IMG/VR virus record: IMGVR_UViG_3300034096_000310
Location: 1 to 61,521 of that record
Length of the DNA: 61,521 nucleotides
Source: a virus
Lineage: Duplodnaviria > Caudoviricetes
Direction: 5' to 3' (one strand)
Position numbers and translations under genes: made by a program. Positions 20,941-33,900 of the stretch are shown in pieces (the stretch's first letter is position 1; every line of letters starts with the position of its first letter). Below the pieces are notes generated by a model, which ran no database searches, was not told where the DNA came from, and worked only from the letters and a program-made list of their open reading frames with translations.

Positions 20941-23900
20941 ATGCCCGTAACTAAGAAAACCTTTGTTGGCGGCGTAAATCAGGATGACGCCGACTTCTTG
21001 TTGCAGCCTACCGAATACCTCGGTGCGCTGAACATCCGCTTTGTAACATCTGAAAGTGGGGAGGTCGGGAGAATAACTAACATCGAAGGTAACGTAGAAA
21101 AGAACCAGACGATCAACTCGGCTGGTAATACAGTTTCATGGTCTCTTCCTGCTGGCACCAATAGAACAATCGGCGCCTATGAAGATACGGAGAAGCGCAG
21201 GCTGATCTGGTTCAATTGGAACTCTACAGGCAAGCACGGTATCTATGCATATAGTGCGGACGCTGATAGGATTTATACAGTCCTTAGGTCTGATGTTTTG
21301 GATTTTCAGTCTGATAAGTTTGTTCATAGTGTGGCTATGGTCGATGACCTGCTGTACTGGACGGACAACCACAACGAACCAAGGAGAATAAATGTTGATG
21401 CGGCGATCAAGATGAACCACCCCACTTATGTGGCGTCTTCTGCTTTGATACCATTCTCTGTAAGGATTACCACTGCTGGTTCTGGATATGTCAATGGTAC
21501 TTATAATAACGTACCTCTGACTGGCGGCTCTGGTGTTCAGGCTACTGCTACAATCGTCGTTTCAGGTGGTACTGTCACTTCTGCCGTAATTGTTTATGGT
21601 GGTATAAACTACGCCCTCAATGATACGCTCAGTGCTTCTAATACGAACCTCGGTGGATCTGGGTCTGGTTTGGTTTTAACTATCAATCGGATCTTGGATA
21701 AGAGCAATATCACCCTGATCCGTAACCAGCCTTGGGCTCCTCTTACGGTAAATAAGTCACAGACTGTAGCGCTGACGAATAACTTTATTTCTGACGATGC
21801 GTTTCAGTTCTGCTATCGTTTTGTCTATAGGGATAACGAGGTGAGTACTTTCTCGCCTCTGTCTAAGTTGATTGATTATAATACTGAAGCTGAGAATACC
21901 TCTGGGTTTAACACTGTCGATGTCACACTTCCTCTATCTCAGGCCATTGAGCTTGATGTAAAGAAGGTTGAGTTTGCGGTCAAGTATATGACTGGCGGGG
22001 CTGTGGTGGTCTTCAAAACAATCGAGGATGTGGCTACGTTCCGTGCTCATAACAACGGGACAGCGATTACGTTTAAGTTTTTTAATGATACTATTGGGGT
22101 TTCTGTAGACAATGCTGCTGCAGTAAAGCCTTTTGATTCTGTACCACTGAAGGTCAAGACACTTGATCTGGCTAAGAGTAGGTTGTTTTTGGGTAACGTA
22201 ACAGATGGTTATGACACCCCACGAACCACCTCCCTTTCCATTGGTAGTGCGATTGCCGATACTACGGCTATTAAGGGACAGTGGCATATTGTTGTTTACA
22301 GAGATGGAGGTATTACCTATACTAGGTACATGCTTCTGATTAATAACATTACAGCTCCGGGGTATTACGATACAACTCCAATACCTACAACAACTACACC
22401 TCTTCCAACAACTGTTGTGTTCTCTGGTCTTACGTTCGCTGGGGGTGGGCTTTCTACTATTGCTATCTACCTAGGCGTTAATGACACGGACATTCTTCAG
22501 CTGGCCTATCAGAATGTTGATGCGACTATTACACCTGCGGGTGGACAGCCAGTTAGTACAACCCTGACCGGACTTTCTATATTCAAGAGTGATTCATTCT
22601 ACAGAGCTGGTGTTGTATTCTATGATGCTGCTGGAAGAAAGAGTGGTGTGGTTACGGCAGATACACTGCGTGTTAATATCCCAGACAGAGATTATACCGG
22701 TACGTCTTTTTACACAGGCGTAAACTGGAGTTTGAATAACATCTCCGCCGTTAGTGAGATCCCTTCTTGGGCCACACATTATTCTGTGGTGAGAACGAAG
22801 TGCTTGACAGTATCCTCGTTTCTTCAGATGCGGGCTGATTCTGTTCACTATATGCCTAAGAAAAAAGATGATGGTACATATGACACGTTGAAGCACACAT
22901 ATGCTGCAGATGACTTCGGTCTTGCCATCAATGTGAAGAGCTTGTTTAGCTATGGTCTTGGTTATTCTTTTAACCCCGGTGATATATTAAAACTATATGT
23001 CTCTGGCGGTAGCATATACAGACTTAAAATAAAGGATACTTTTTCTAACTATGTCATCACCGACTTGGTGAATCTCGGTAACACATCTTCTACACAGGCG
23101 CTATACGAAATCTATACGCCATATGTGCAAAGTACTTCCGAGTTCTTTTACGAGGTTGGGCAAACATATAAGGTTAACTCTCCCGGTACGGCCTCTCGTC
23201 AGTATAGTACAATCTCTGGTGTGTTCACCGGAGATGTTACGCTGATCCAAAGAACGCTTAACTCAAATAACTTCTTGGCTGAGGCGATGAGCCCCATTGA
23301 CAAGTACTGGCAAAACTGGTACACCGATATTGGGCGTGTGAATATTGTGGTTGAGGATGGTCAAACAGACAAGCCTGTTTCTATATACTATTCAAACGTC
23401 ATTATCCCCGGGACTAGATCTAATGGGTTGAGCACATTCGATGCGCTTGACAATACGCTGGTTCCAGAGGAGCTCGGGGGTATCAGTAGGCTTATCTTAA
23501 CATCCAAGTCACAGTCAGATGGTACAACACTTCTTTGTATCGGAGAGTCTGAGACGGCTAGTATTTATATTGGCGAGACACAAGTGTTTGACAACACGGG
23601 TTCGTCCTTCCTAGCAAAGAGCTCTGGTGTAATCGGGAATATGAATGTCCTTCGTGGGTCATTTGGTACTATAAACCCAGAGAGTGCTTTTGAGTGGGGC
23701 GGTGCTGTGGTGTTCTTTGACGCCAACCGTGGTTGCTGGATTCAGTACAACGTGAACGGACTGTTTGCTATTTCGGATAACAAGATGTTCCGCTACTTTA
23801 AGAGGGTGGGACAGGATATAATAAATTATTACAAGAACCCCAATGAGTATAACTTGGTTAATCCAAGTCTACCTATGCGGGTATTGGGAGGTGTAGATCC

Positions 23901-24945
23901 GTTCCATGAGGAGTACATCATGAATGTTCCTAGGATGTTTTTAAATCCTAAGAATGCGGTTCTTACAGACATGGAGATCACAACCCTGTCTGCAAACTTT
24001 ACAACTGTTGCTCCTAATCTAGTGGCGGCGCCTAGTACTCTATCCGGGTTTACTTATATTTTAAATAACGGCCCATCTACATCTCAGTCGTTTGTGGTTA
24101 CAGGTACAAACTTGAGCCCCAACGGTACACTGAGTGTGGCCTGTTCTTCTTCGTTTGAGGTTTCTGCTGATAACATCACCTTCTCCTGCTTGGCGACTGC
24201 TGCCTATACTGGCACTTCTGCTTCTGCTACATTCTATGTAAGGATGAAGGCTGGTAAGTCTACAGCCTCTTATAGTGAGAGTATCACAGTAACCGGTGGA
24301 GGTGGAAGTGTAAACGTATCGCTCAGCGGTTCTGTTACCAATCCTGTTACTCCGTCTATTGTAATCTTCCCAAGCACGGTTGGAGGAATGAACTATGTGG
24401 TAGGTAGCGGTCCTTCTGCTTCTGCACTGTTTACAGTTGAGGCGTTTAACTTATCTCCAGCGAGTGGAAACATTACCATACCAGCCTCTACAGACTTTGT
24501 GTTTTCTTTAAACAACTCTACGTTCACCTCTAGTTTGACAATTGCTTACACAGGTGGAGGATTGACTGCTACTACGGTTTATGCCAGACTGAAAGCTGGT
24601 CTTGCAATTGGGAGCTATTCAGAGTCTTTGAGTGTAACCGGTGGTACTGCCACGGCTAGTCTTACTGTTTCTGGTAATGTAACTAGCGCCACTCCTACAA
24701 CATATTCTTATACATCTGGCCTTGGTAACAGTGTTTCTCAGGCTTGTAATAATTACATCGGATACCCAGTCACATTATATGCATTAGATGATTCCACTCA
24801 GATTGGTGCTGGTACGCAATTATTCTACGATAGTGCAGCCACTACGCCTGTTACTGGATTCACGCACGTCTTTATCAACGGTGCCAACTGGGATCTTGAT
24901 CCTGTGACCGGGGTGATTATTTCTTACTCTTCAATTCAGTGCTAA
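20941..24945 (+). CDS. Tail stabilisation (muzzle, P22 gp10-like) protein, N-terminal part with appended Ig-like repeats
   Basis: F.GG.N.D N-terminus, LLYWTDN.NEPRRIN, FCYRF, RLFLGN, Y.AGVVFYD..GR, FG..NPES motifs. Confidence 0.75.
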   Translation: MPVTKKTFVGGVNQDDADFLLQPTEYLGALNIRFVTSESGEVGRITNIEGNVEKNQTINSAGNTVSWSLPAGTNRTIGAYEDTEKRRLIWFNWNSTGKHGIYAYSADADRIYTVLRSDVLDFQSDKFVHSVAMVDDLLYWTDNHNEPRRINVDAAIKMNHPTYVASSALIPFSVRITTAGSGYVNGTYNNVPLTGGSGVQATATIVVSGGTVTSAVIVYGGINYALNDTLSASNTNLGGSGSGLVLTINRILDKSNITLIRNQPWAPLTVNKSQTVALTNNFISDDAFQFCYRFVYRDNEVSTFSPLSKLIDYNTEAENTSGFNTVDVTLPLSQAIELDVKKVEFAVKYMTGGAVVVFKTIEDVATFRAHNNGTAITFKFFNDTIGVSVDNAAAVKPFDSVPLKVKTLDLAKSRLFLGNVTDGYDTPRTTSLSIGSAIADTTAIKGQWHIVVYRDGGITYTRYMLLINNITAPGYYDTTPIPTTTTPLPTTVVFSGLTFAGGGLSTIAIYLGVNDTDILQLAYQNVDATITPAGGQPVSTTLTGLSIFKSDSFYRAGVVFYDAAGRKSGVVTADTLRVNIPDRDYTGTSFYTGVNWSLNNISAVSEIPSWATHYSVVRTKCLTVSSFLQMRADSVHYMPKKKDDGTYDTLKHTYAADDFGLAINVKSLFSYGLGYSFNPGDILKLYVSGGSIYRLKIKDTFSNYVITDLVNLGNTSSTQALYEIYTPYVQSTSEFFYEVGQTYKVNSPGTASRQYSTISGVFTGDVTLIQRTLNSNNFLAEAMSPIDKYWQNWYTDIGRVNIVVEDGQTDKPVSIYYSNVIIPGTRSNGLSTFDALDNTLVPEELGGISRLILTSKSQSDGTTLLCIGESETASIYIGETQVFDNTGSSFLAKSSGVIGNMNVLRGSFGTINPESAFEWGGAVVFFDANRGCWIQYNVNGLFAISDNKMFRYFKRVGQDIINYYKNPNEYNLVNPSLPMRVLGGVDPFHEEYIMNVPRMFLNPKNAVLTDMEITTLSANFTTVAPNLVAAPSTLSGFTYILNNGPSTSQSFVVTGTNLSPNGTLSVACSSSFEVSADNITFSCLATAAYTGTSASATFYVRMKAGKSTASYSESITVTGGGGSVNVSLSGSVTNPVTPSIVIFPSTVGGMNYVVGSGPSASALFTVEAFNLSPASGNITIPASTDFVFSLNNSTFTSSLTIAYTGGGLTATTVYARLKAGLAIGSYSESLSVTGGTATASLTVSGNVTSATPTTYSYTSGLGNSVSQACNNYIGYPVTLYALDDSTQIGAGTQLFYDSAATTPVTGFTHVFINGANWDLDPVTGVIISYSSIQC

Positions 24946-25703
24946 TGCCTTTCTATTCTACCATAACCATCAATGTAATACCGGACAAGACCTATAAGGT
25001 TTCTGCTCCTGCAGGGGTGGATGTGTATTATTCTGGTATTAAGATCTTTGGTGCTGGCGCAAATACTGTGTTTATCGCCAATGAGACCACTAGTTTTGTG
25101 GTGGAGTCTGTCTCTGCCACGAGTGGAGCTGTGACTGTAACCGAGCTGTTTACCAACCTTTATGAGGCTTACGACGGGGTCGGGGGTACTTGGGTTTACC
25201 ATACGGACATGGACAAATGGGTGGGTAAGTACAGCTTCCGCCCTGAGTGGATGAGCATGGTAGCCAACAGACTGGTGACCTTTAAGAACGGTAAGCCTTA
25301 TATCCACAACGGTACCTTTAATACCTTCTATGGTCAAGCTTATGACAGTGCTATTGCTGGCGTTCACAATGATGCCGGGAATACGGTTAAGGTTTATACT
25401 AACGTAGCGGTTGAGGGTGAGATCCCGGGCCGCATGCATTTCAGAACAGAGATCCCCAACGTACAAAGCTCTGACTTGGTGGCTAACGAATTCTCAGTTC
25501 GGGAGGGCGTCAACTACTCTGATATCCTGAGGGACCGCCTAAGTCCTAATGCATCAGGAACTTACGAACAGAAGCTCATGAAGGGCGACAAGATCCGTGG
25601 TGAGGTGTGCAAGTTTACCTACTTCCTCAGCCAGCCTACCACCAGAAAGAACCTTAAGTTTCTCTCTATCACATTCTCCGGTTCCAGCGGGCAGACAGTG
25701 TAA
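24945..25703 (+). CDS. Tail stabilisation protein, C-terminal part
   Basis: W.GKYSF.PE, TFKNG..YIHN, NTFYG, REG, G..IRG motifs; TAATG coupling to the upstream ORF. Confidence 0.65.
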   Translation: MPFYSTITINVIPDKTYKVSAPAGVDVYYSGIKIFGAGANTVFIANETTSFVVESVSATSGAVTVTELFTNLYEAYDGVGGTWVYHTDMDKWVGKYSFRPEWMSMVANRLVTFKNGKPYIHNGTFNTFYGQAYDSAIAGVHNDAGNTVKVYTNVAVEGEIPGRMHFRTEIPNVQSSDLVANEFSVREGVNYSDILRDRLSPNASGTYEQKLMKGDKIRGEVCKFTYFLSQPTTRKNLKFLSITFSGSSGQTV

Positions 25704-25705
25704 TA

Positions 25706-25752
25706 TCACCCCCTGTTTATCAGAGGGTTTACTATACCATAGTCGAATTTTG
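25706..25752 (+). promoter_or_regulatory. Putative promoter: TCACCCCCT box plus GAATTTTG
   Basis: 46-nt spacing, as at 6647, 60436 and 51628. Confidence 0.6.
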
Positions 25753-25773
25753 CAATACTAAAAAATTTAGTTA

Positions 25774-26520
25774 ATGGGACCATTGGCCGCTGCCGGTTTA
25801 GTAGCTCAAGGACTTGGTAGCATTTTCGGTGCTGTTCAGGGCGCCAAGATGCTCAAGGAAGCTAAGAAAATTAATCCTCAATATAAGCCTTACGAGACTA
25901 GCAAAGCTGCTAGTGAAATGCTCGGTCTGGCTCAGACGCGTTTAAATGCCATCAACCCTATGCGGGCCGCTGCTCAGCGTAACGTCGGAACTAGTCAGGC
26001 AAACACAATGGCTGGTATCAGCCGTAACGTAACCGATCCTAGTCAAGCTTTGGCTATGGCGGCTGGTATTCAGGGGCAAGCTGATCAGGCGTTTTTTAAC
26101 ATAGGCGCTCAAGATCAGGCTATGCAACAGCAGAACTTGGCCAATCTGATGCAGGCGCAGAACGTGATGATCGGTGAGGACCGCATGAAGTATCAAGACA
26201 TGCTGACAAAGTTCCAGCTTGATCAAGCGCAGAAGAATGCATTGAGAAGCGCTGGTCAGCAGAACATCCTTGGGTCTGCACAGAACATCTCCGGATCATT
26301 GTTTGGCGCACAGCAAATGATGAATCAAGCTGCTCAAGCAATGATGGGCGGAATGGGAGGCGGTGGTGCTGCTGCAGGATTCGGTTCAATGTTCGGAGGC
26401 GGTGGAGGTGTTACTCAGGCTGGACTTGGTAGTATGCAAAGAACTCCTGTTGGTATTGAAGGAGCACAGCCTGTATCAGGTCCATTTATATCTTCTACAC
26501 CAACTGGTATTAGACGATAA
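25774..26520 (+). CDS. Internal virion/ejection protein
   Basis: A/Q/G/M-rich helical protein with hydrophobic N-terminus, after the tail genes. Confidence 0.6.
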   Translation: MGPLAAAGLVAQGLGSIFGAVQGAKMLKEAKKINPQYKPYETSKAASEMLGLAQTRLNAINPMRAAAQRNVGTSQANTMAGISRNVTDPSQALAMAAGIQGQADQAFFNIGAQDQAMQQQNLANLMQAQNVMIGEDRMKYQDMLTKFQLDQAQKNALRSAGQQNILGSAQNISGSLFGAQQMMNQAAQAMMGGMGGGGAAAGFGSMFGGGGGVTQAGLGSMQRTPVGIEGAQPVSGPFISSTPTGIRR

Positions 26521-26547
26521 CAACGGTATTGTAAACACTTAATAAAA

Positions 26548-27975
26548 ATGAACGGGATTACCCCACTACAATATAGCAACGCTCCAATTCAGATGATGTC
26601 TGCTCTTGCAAGTGATATACAGCAGCAGAATATTCTTAACCAGAAGAGATACCAAGAAGAGTTCAATCAAGGTTTAGAACTTGCTAAGATGATCAGTCCA
26701 CAAGTCCTCAACAAAGATTTTGATGCGCAGGTTGTCAATGAGGGAATCGGTGCTGTTAGAAACAATCTTCGTGAATTTATTAAGAAGAACCCTAATGCAG
26801 CTTTTGGTCAAATCCAATCCGAGGTTCAAAAACAGCTCGGGACTATTTCCGATTGGAGTACGAAAGTTAAGACTATTAAGTCCTCTATAGAAGAAGCATT
26901 CAAGAAAATGCCTCAGGACAAGAACATAAACAAAGATCGCTGGATGAACGCTGCCTTAACTAGGGCACTATACAAAACAAATCCAGACGGTACTAGGACA
27001 TTTAGAAATTCTATGGAGCTTGAACCAACCAAGGATGGAGGTATTGGTTTTGATTATGTAACAGATGTGTGGAATATGGGCGGTGAAAATTTTATTGATA
27101 TCGCTGAAATAACAAATGATTTACAAGATAAAATTAAGAACTCTGCCAAGAATAAGCAGAACATAACTGTGACTGTAGGCGCTACAAAGAACAAACCCGG
27201 CTTCACAAGAACTGACAATATCGAGATGCCTGTATGGGCAGAGTGGGATGCAACCAACAATAAAGTGACCGTCAAAAAGAAAAACGGTGTTATTGATGAG
27301 GATATCTACAATTCATTTGTTGGTGGTCAGGGAAGTGAGTATGACAAGTTCTTGAATTTAAAAGTAAAGTCGGCTCTTTCTGCTGGAGATGTCGGAGGAA
27401 TAAAAGCCGAAGACGTATACAATGATGATGGCTCTGTTAAAGACCCTTCAAAGCTTGAGATGGTAAAACGCACTTGGCTGTCTGACTACATGGAGAAATT
27501 CGCTCCAAGAACACAGACTGAAAGAGATGTAACCCAGCCGGCGAGAACGCAGGTTGTTATCACTAGGGATCAGCCTAAGGATGAAACATTCATTGATGTG
27601 GTTTCCGAGGTTAAAGATTATATGACAGCTAACCCTCGCAAGAAGGGTACTAATTGGTATCCAGTAACAGCCTTTGGCGACGTCGCTCAAGATGCTATCA
27701 TAGGCAAAGCGAGAAAGGTTACCGGGATAAATAGTATAGGGTTAAAAGATATTCAGATTGAAGATAGGGGTGGTAAGCCAAGCATAATTATCGCGCAAGA
27801 TATTCTTGATGACAGAGGGGAAGTCGCCTACAAGAAGGGGCAGTATCTAAGTTCGCTTGGGACACAGGCAAATATATCCGCCAACCAGCCACTGGGAGCT
27901 AAGGCTAAAGGGGCTGCTGTACAGGCTGCTCAGACAAAGAAGAAATACAATCCTCAAACAGGTAAATACGAATAA
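26548..27975 (+). CDS. Internal virion/ejection protein
   Basis: Position between the small and giant ejection proteins. Confidence 0.5.
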   Translation: MNGITPLQYSNAPIQMMSALASDIQQQNILNQKRYQEEFNQGLELAKMISPQVLNKDFDAQVVNEGIGAVRNNLREFIKKNPNAAFGQIQSEVQKQLGTISDWSTKVKTIKSSIEEAFKKMPQDKNINKDRWMNAALTRALYKTNPDGTRTFRNSMELEPTKDGGIGFDYVTDVWNMGGENFIDIAEITNDLQDKIKNSAKNKQNITVTVGATKNKPGFTRTDNIEMPVWAEWDATNNKVTVKKKNGVIDEDIYNSFVGGQGSEYDKFLNLKVKSALSAGDVGGIKAEDVYNDDGSVKDPSKLEMVKRTWLSDYMEKFAPRTQTERDVTQPARTQVVITRDQPKDETFIDVVSEVKDYMTANPRKKGTNWYPVTAFGDVAQDAIIGKARKVTGINSIGLKDIQIEDRGGKPSIIIAQDILDDRGEVAYKKGQYLSSLGTQANISANQPLGAKAKGAAVQAAQTKKKYNPQTGKYE

Positions 27976-30900
27976 TGGACGAGAAACAATTACAGGCGCT
28001 ATTCAATGAAATGAAATCAAAGCTTGAACTTGGCGACTTCGCCACGTTTAAGAACCAGATAGGTAGTGATGAAAAGTTTAGAAAAGCTTTTTATACAGAG
28101 GCGTCTAATAATTTAGAGCTCGGGGACTTTAATGCCTTCGAAGAATCTTTTAAAAAAAAAGTCTCTACTACACCATCTGCAAAGCCTGCTCCAGTTTCTG
28201 GTCCCGCGCCCGCGCCTGCTTCCCCATCAAAATCACCATCACCTTCGGGGCTAACCTATAATGACATTGAGTTAGTCATTGAGGATACTAGAAAGAAGGC
28301 AAGACGTTTACAGGATTTAAAGGAATCCCCCGGCTCATCCGCCGGTATTGGTGCTCCCGGTATTATAATACCGAAACCTACACTAGATCTCGCTGCGCAA
28401 GAGTTGCAGTTAGCAGAAAAAAAGAAGAAAGAAGTTCTAACACGGTACCAAAATGAGCTGTCTCGTCCAGTTGAAAGACTGATTGAGACTGGTGAGTACA
28501 AAGGTTTTTTTACACAGGATGGTGTGTTTGATGAGGCTAAGGCCCGTAATTATTTTAAGAAAGTTACACAGAAGTTTGGTGGCGGTAGCCATCTTCAGGA
28601 CCAGTGGCTGGTAAATCTTAAGACCAGAGGTCAGCAGGAAATAGACAAGCCAAGGTTTAACCAGATACTTGGCGAGGAGATGAAGAATCAAAATCTTGAT
28701 CTCACACAATATAGTACACAAGTATTTAATCAACTAACACAACAGCAAAGAGCTACCGCAGATTCTCTTAAAAAAGAAAGAGACACTGAGGCTTTGAAGT
28801 TGCTTAATAGCGCTGAGGCTAAGGCTAAGCAATACGCAGAAGAATTAAATAAAGCTGTTAATAGTCTTAACGATCAGATTAAAGCGGGCTTGATTACTAA
28901 CGAAGCCGCTGCTGCTGCATATGATCAGCTAGTTAAACAATACGAGACCACTATCAAGGGTATTGATAATGGTTATAAGGACGCCATCCGTAGGATGAAT
29001 GTACGGATCAATGGTAAGTTTGATAGAATCGAGCAAGAGGTTAAGGCCATCAATGCTTCTATCGACGGCGACAAGGTTATGCAGTCCCTACCTCCTGATG
29101 TGCGTAAGCGTTTAGAGACGGCGTATCAAAATGCTGGACAAAGACTGTCTACTGAGAAGAATGAGGCTAGAAAGAAACTAGATATTGTAACGGGTATTGG
29201 GACAACCGATGCTGTTTCTAGAACAGTTAATCTTGCTTTAAAGGGTCTTACATCTGGATTCAACAGAGGTCTGGCTGAAGTTGGGGAATACCTTAATATG
29301 AAAGGTTTGAGCGGAAGTTTCGTCGATGCGCTCCGCAACAGACGTACAGCTGCTGAGACATTCGCACCTGCTCAATACGAATGGAATAAAGACGAATGGC
29401 TTAAAAGAGCTGTATCATCTACCGCTACTTCTCTTGGCGCCTCTGTCCCAATCCTACTTCCAACCATAGGAGCTGTTGCTCTTACAGGTGGTGGAGCTGC
29501 TGGGGCTCTTGCAGCTGGTGCTTTGTCATTTGCAGGTGAGAGTGCACAGATTGGTGGTGGACAGTTCAGAGAAGGTCTTGAAGAGACTGGTGATGTTGGA
29601 GCTGCTACACAGAGAGCAGAGGAGGTGATGAGACAGAACATGATTACCGCTCCGCTTTCCTTTATTGGTGGTCTTGGTGATGTAATGATCACAACCGGGA
29701 AGGGCCTGTCAAAGGTTGCAACCGGTATTGCTTTAGAGCAAGTAGAAGAAATCCCTACAGAATATATACAAAGCTTCAATGAGGCTAAGGCTAGGGGTTA
29801 TAAGAAAGGCATTGGTGATTTTATCAAAGAGAACCCGGAGATCGCGGCAGATACATTCATATCAACCGTTGGTCAGTCTGGTGCCATGAAGGGTATTACT
29901 AGTGCGTTTAGTGTTTTCCAAAAGAACGTGCCTGCTTCTACAACACAGATGCTAACAGATGCTGTAAGCAAGAATGGTATTGAGTTTACTAATGGGCTTA
30001 TTGATAAATGGTTTGAGGCTGGGAAAATCAACGAGAAAACTGTAGCAAAATTAAAGGCTGAAGTTACTAAGATCCAGTCGCAGTTGCCAAAGCTGCAAGA
30101 GGCTGGTGTTGATGGAGATAAGGCTAAGCTTATGTCTTCTTTGTCTTCTCAGTCACAAGAGTTACAGAATAAGATTAATGCAGAGAAGGACCCAGCTGTA
30201 AAGGCTTTGTACCAGAACCAGCTTAATGTTATCAACCAAGATATCTCACAGCTAGTAAAAGGGGAGACGCCATACGTGGTGTTCACTCTTCCCGGTGGCG
30301 GAGAGATGACTCGTGTGATGACGGTTCGGGAGTTTAATGCACTTCCTGCTGAGTCTTCAAATGATATGGTAAAGAACTCTGACGGCATACAGGTCGTCGG
30401 AGATGATGCACTGAATACGCAGCTCACACAAAAAAAGCAAGAGCTTGGTGTTCCAGAAGCTGCACCGGGTGTATTTACGCAAGCACCCGCTGGTCAAGAA
30501 CTCTCTATAACAGAGACAAAGCCTGCAGAACAGATAGAAAAGAAGGAGGCAATAAAGCAGAAGAACGAATTCATCACTGATACAGATTTCGTACAAGAGG
30601 CTTTCACCCCTGAGGAAGATGCGGCAGATCGTGAGGCGTTACCAGAGTCGCAGTTCCAGACCGAAGAGGAGCTGTCCAACTTCTTGGAAACAGGCGAGTA
30701 TGCTATGCTTACCGGCCAGAACCCAGAAGCTATTCCTCTTTCTAAAGAAGCTAACAGAAGACTAAACGAGAAGGCTCAGCAATGGTTGAGCTCTCGTGGC
30801 CTGACAGCTGTACCAATTTTTGGTAAGTATGGTAACTCGGAGAGATCATTCATGGTCCCCGGGATGACCAAGCAGCAGGCTATAGATTTTGCTAAAGAGT

Positions 30901-33900
30901 TCCAACAGGATTCGGTGGCGCATAGTTCTGGTCTTGTATATCAGGACGGGTCATTCAACCCAAGAACAGAGGGTGTGGACCTCAGCCAAAGGTTTGATCA
31001 AGGTGGCGACTTCTTCTCTACAATTAATGTCGGCGGAAAGAAAGTTGACTTCTCAATCAATTATGATTTTGACACGAAGGTTCAGCCGATGAAACCAATA
31101 GCCGATAGGCTGCGTACAGAGATCTTTGGCGATACAAAGCAGAAGGTAGACAGTGCGCAGAAGGCGTTGGAGAAGACCGGTGTGGTGATAAATATGGTTG
31201 CTGACCCAGCGGAGTTTGACAGTAGAGTTGCACAGCTCGGGGGACAGCGGGGTATGGAGGGTGTGTTCTTGTCTGATACTGGGGAGATCTTGATCAATCA
31301 GCAGAAGCTGGATCAGGGTATTGCAGATGGCCGTGTTATATGGCATGAAGCTTCTCACCCTGTAGTGAATATTGTAAGGAACACGAACCCCCAACTTTTT
31401 GGTCAGGTGGTTGCTGGTCTTAGACAGGCAGCTGCAGATAACAAAGGTGTGGCTGGTGCGCTTGCATGGGCTGAGAGTCAGTATGCTCAAGACGGGCAGG
31501 GTACTATAGACGACGAGGCGGTGGTAGAAACTATCGCTGGAATTGCTGAGGGGATGATCGACATCACTAAGCTTCCTACTGGTCTTAAACAATCTATTAT
31601 AGATTTAATTAATCGAATAGCGAGAGCGCTTGGTTTTGATCAGGTGCTGGATGATACAGATATCGCGGCGTTTAAAAATCTCGCCAGTGATATAGCCAAT
31701 GCCCTTACTACTGGTCAGGATATATCTGAGTTGGTAGGCGCCGAGAACGTAAAAGAATATCTGAATACTGTTGAAACACCCGGGCTTGTAACCGGTGGAG
31801 AACTTGCCACAGCAGCACAAGCGAGGATAACTACCGAGCCGGCTGTAAGTGTGTATGACTCTAAGGAGGTTTCAGCGCTACCTCAGAAATCACTCGAGGA
31901 GGTTTATAACCAGTTCGATGGTAAAGCAGTTGTTATTAACTCAGACCCTACACGTGTTGGTGAGTTGACCCTGCCTTCTGGTAAAAAGATATTTATGTAT
32001 GGCGGGCCAGCCTACTTATCTATAAAGGATAACGTAGATGCAAATGTAGGATTCGCCACTACACAAACTAGCAAGGTTAACACGTGGATTAAGTACGTGA
32101 AGGAAGTGTTTGGTGATAATCCGGGTGTAACACTTGTCGCATCTCAGGCCCCAACATCAATCCTTAGCAACTCATACGCGCTTCGCTATGTAATGGATGC
32201 TATATCCATGTTACCAAAGTCTGTTCTTAGATCTTCTGATTTTAAGAATGAATTCTTCGGAAAGGATCTGGTGTTATTAAAGGATGCGTTTGGTGAGAAG
32301 GCGTATAACGAATTTGTAAACAAGTATAAGAAAGCTGACCTGTCTGATCCCAAAGTAATCGATGATATGATTGCTGAGATGGGATATAAGGTTGGGGATG
32401 ATAATAAGCCTGCAAGCTTCAAGGCTCGCGGTGCTTTTGTAAGTAACCTAGTTGGTGGTATTGCTGATAAGGCTTCTCTAAAAGGAGTTGAAGGCGATAA
32501 GGGGTATGTTTCTAAGAAGCCCAATAAGTATATCGCCAAGCAGTTGATGGATAGGCTTGGTGTTAATGCTGAGAAGATCATGAGAGAGATTGGCGAGCCA
32601 TCGCTTGTTGATCTGTACATGAACGAAGGCAACTGGGGATTTGCTGTGGCAGGGTTTGAGACAGATCCTAACATGACTGTTGAGGCTGTTCAGCAAGGTG
32701 GTGTTAAGCACCCATTGTTCAATGCCAAGTTTCCCGGTAAGAATGCATTCATTCTAGATGGCGCCTATGAGTTGAATAAGATGTTCACTCCTGTTGAAAT
32801 TATAGGCCCTTCTGGTATGCCATATACTAAGACGGCGGCACAGATGCTTGCTGGTAGTATGTATGTAAAGGGTCAGCCTTTAGCGGAGGGTGGTTCATTT
32901 GAGTATGTACGTACATCTCCTGCTGGCCGTAGGATACAAGAGATAAGAGGGAACCTAGTCGCCGATGCTGGTCTAGATAATAAGATGGCTAGCGATGATC
33001 AGGGTAATTATATCTTCTACCACTACTCAGATCGTAAACTGAAATCAATAAGCCCTAGCAAGTTTGGCAAGAACCTCGCCACTGGTAGAGACGAGCGTCC
33101 CGGTATTGGTATTTCTATGTACTATACCAGACCAGATGTTTTAGAGGTTGGTGTTCCTTCTGACTATGGTTATGCTGTCAGGGTTCCAGAACAGAGTGTG
33201 TATCCGTTTAACGAAGACCCACTTGATCTGTTGCCAGCAGCTGAGCAGGAGTTCAATAAGAAGTTCCCCGGTCAGGCATTTGATCTTAATAAGCAGGTGG
33301 CTTTTGTAACACAAGAGGCTGCCAAGCGTGGGTATCCAATGACTGTTGCTGAGTGGAATATCAAAGGCACTAAGGCTTTAAGAGCACAGACTACAGAAGA
33401 GTTTAAGCCGGAAGTTTATAGAGAGCTGGTCCCCGGAACAACGAACCAGTACAAGTTTAATCCAGAGCTTGATAAATTCAAACCTAATAGAAAGGGAAGA
33501 ATACAAGCTTCTCGTGGTAACCGAATGGAATCTAGTAAGGACTTTAAGCTGGCTGCCTTTGTAATGAGAGAGAAGGCGGATGGTGCGTCAATATCAGAGA
33601 TTGTTTCTGGTATTGCTTCTGTGTTTCCTAACATGAGTCCTCAAGAGATTAAAGATCTCGTGGATGATCCGGAGACTTGGCTCAGAAATAAATATGCAAA
33701 CCTGAGTAAGGCGATGCAGGATAACCTGATTGCCCGGGCTCGTGTGAAAAATATATACGCCACCCGAACCGGCGCCATTGCCCCTGCCTTCCAAGGTCTA
33801 GAGGTACCGATGTCAAAGATCGAGGAGGCCACTCAAGCTCCTACATTTAAGGAGCGTGTAGATAAGGTATTTACAAACTTCAAGAATAAGTTCATCGATC

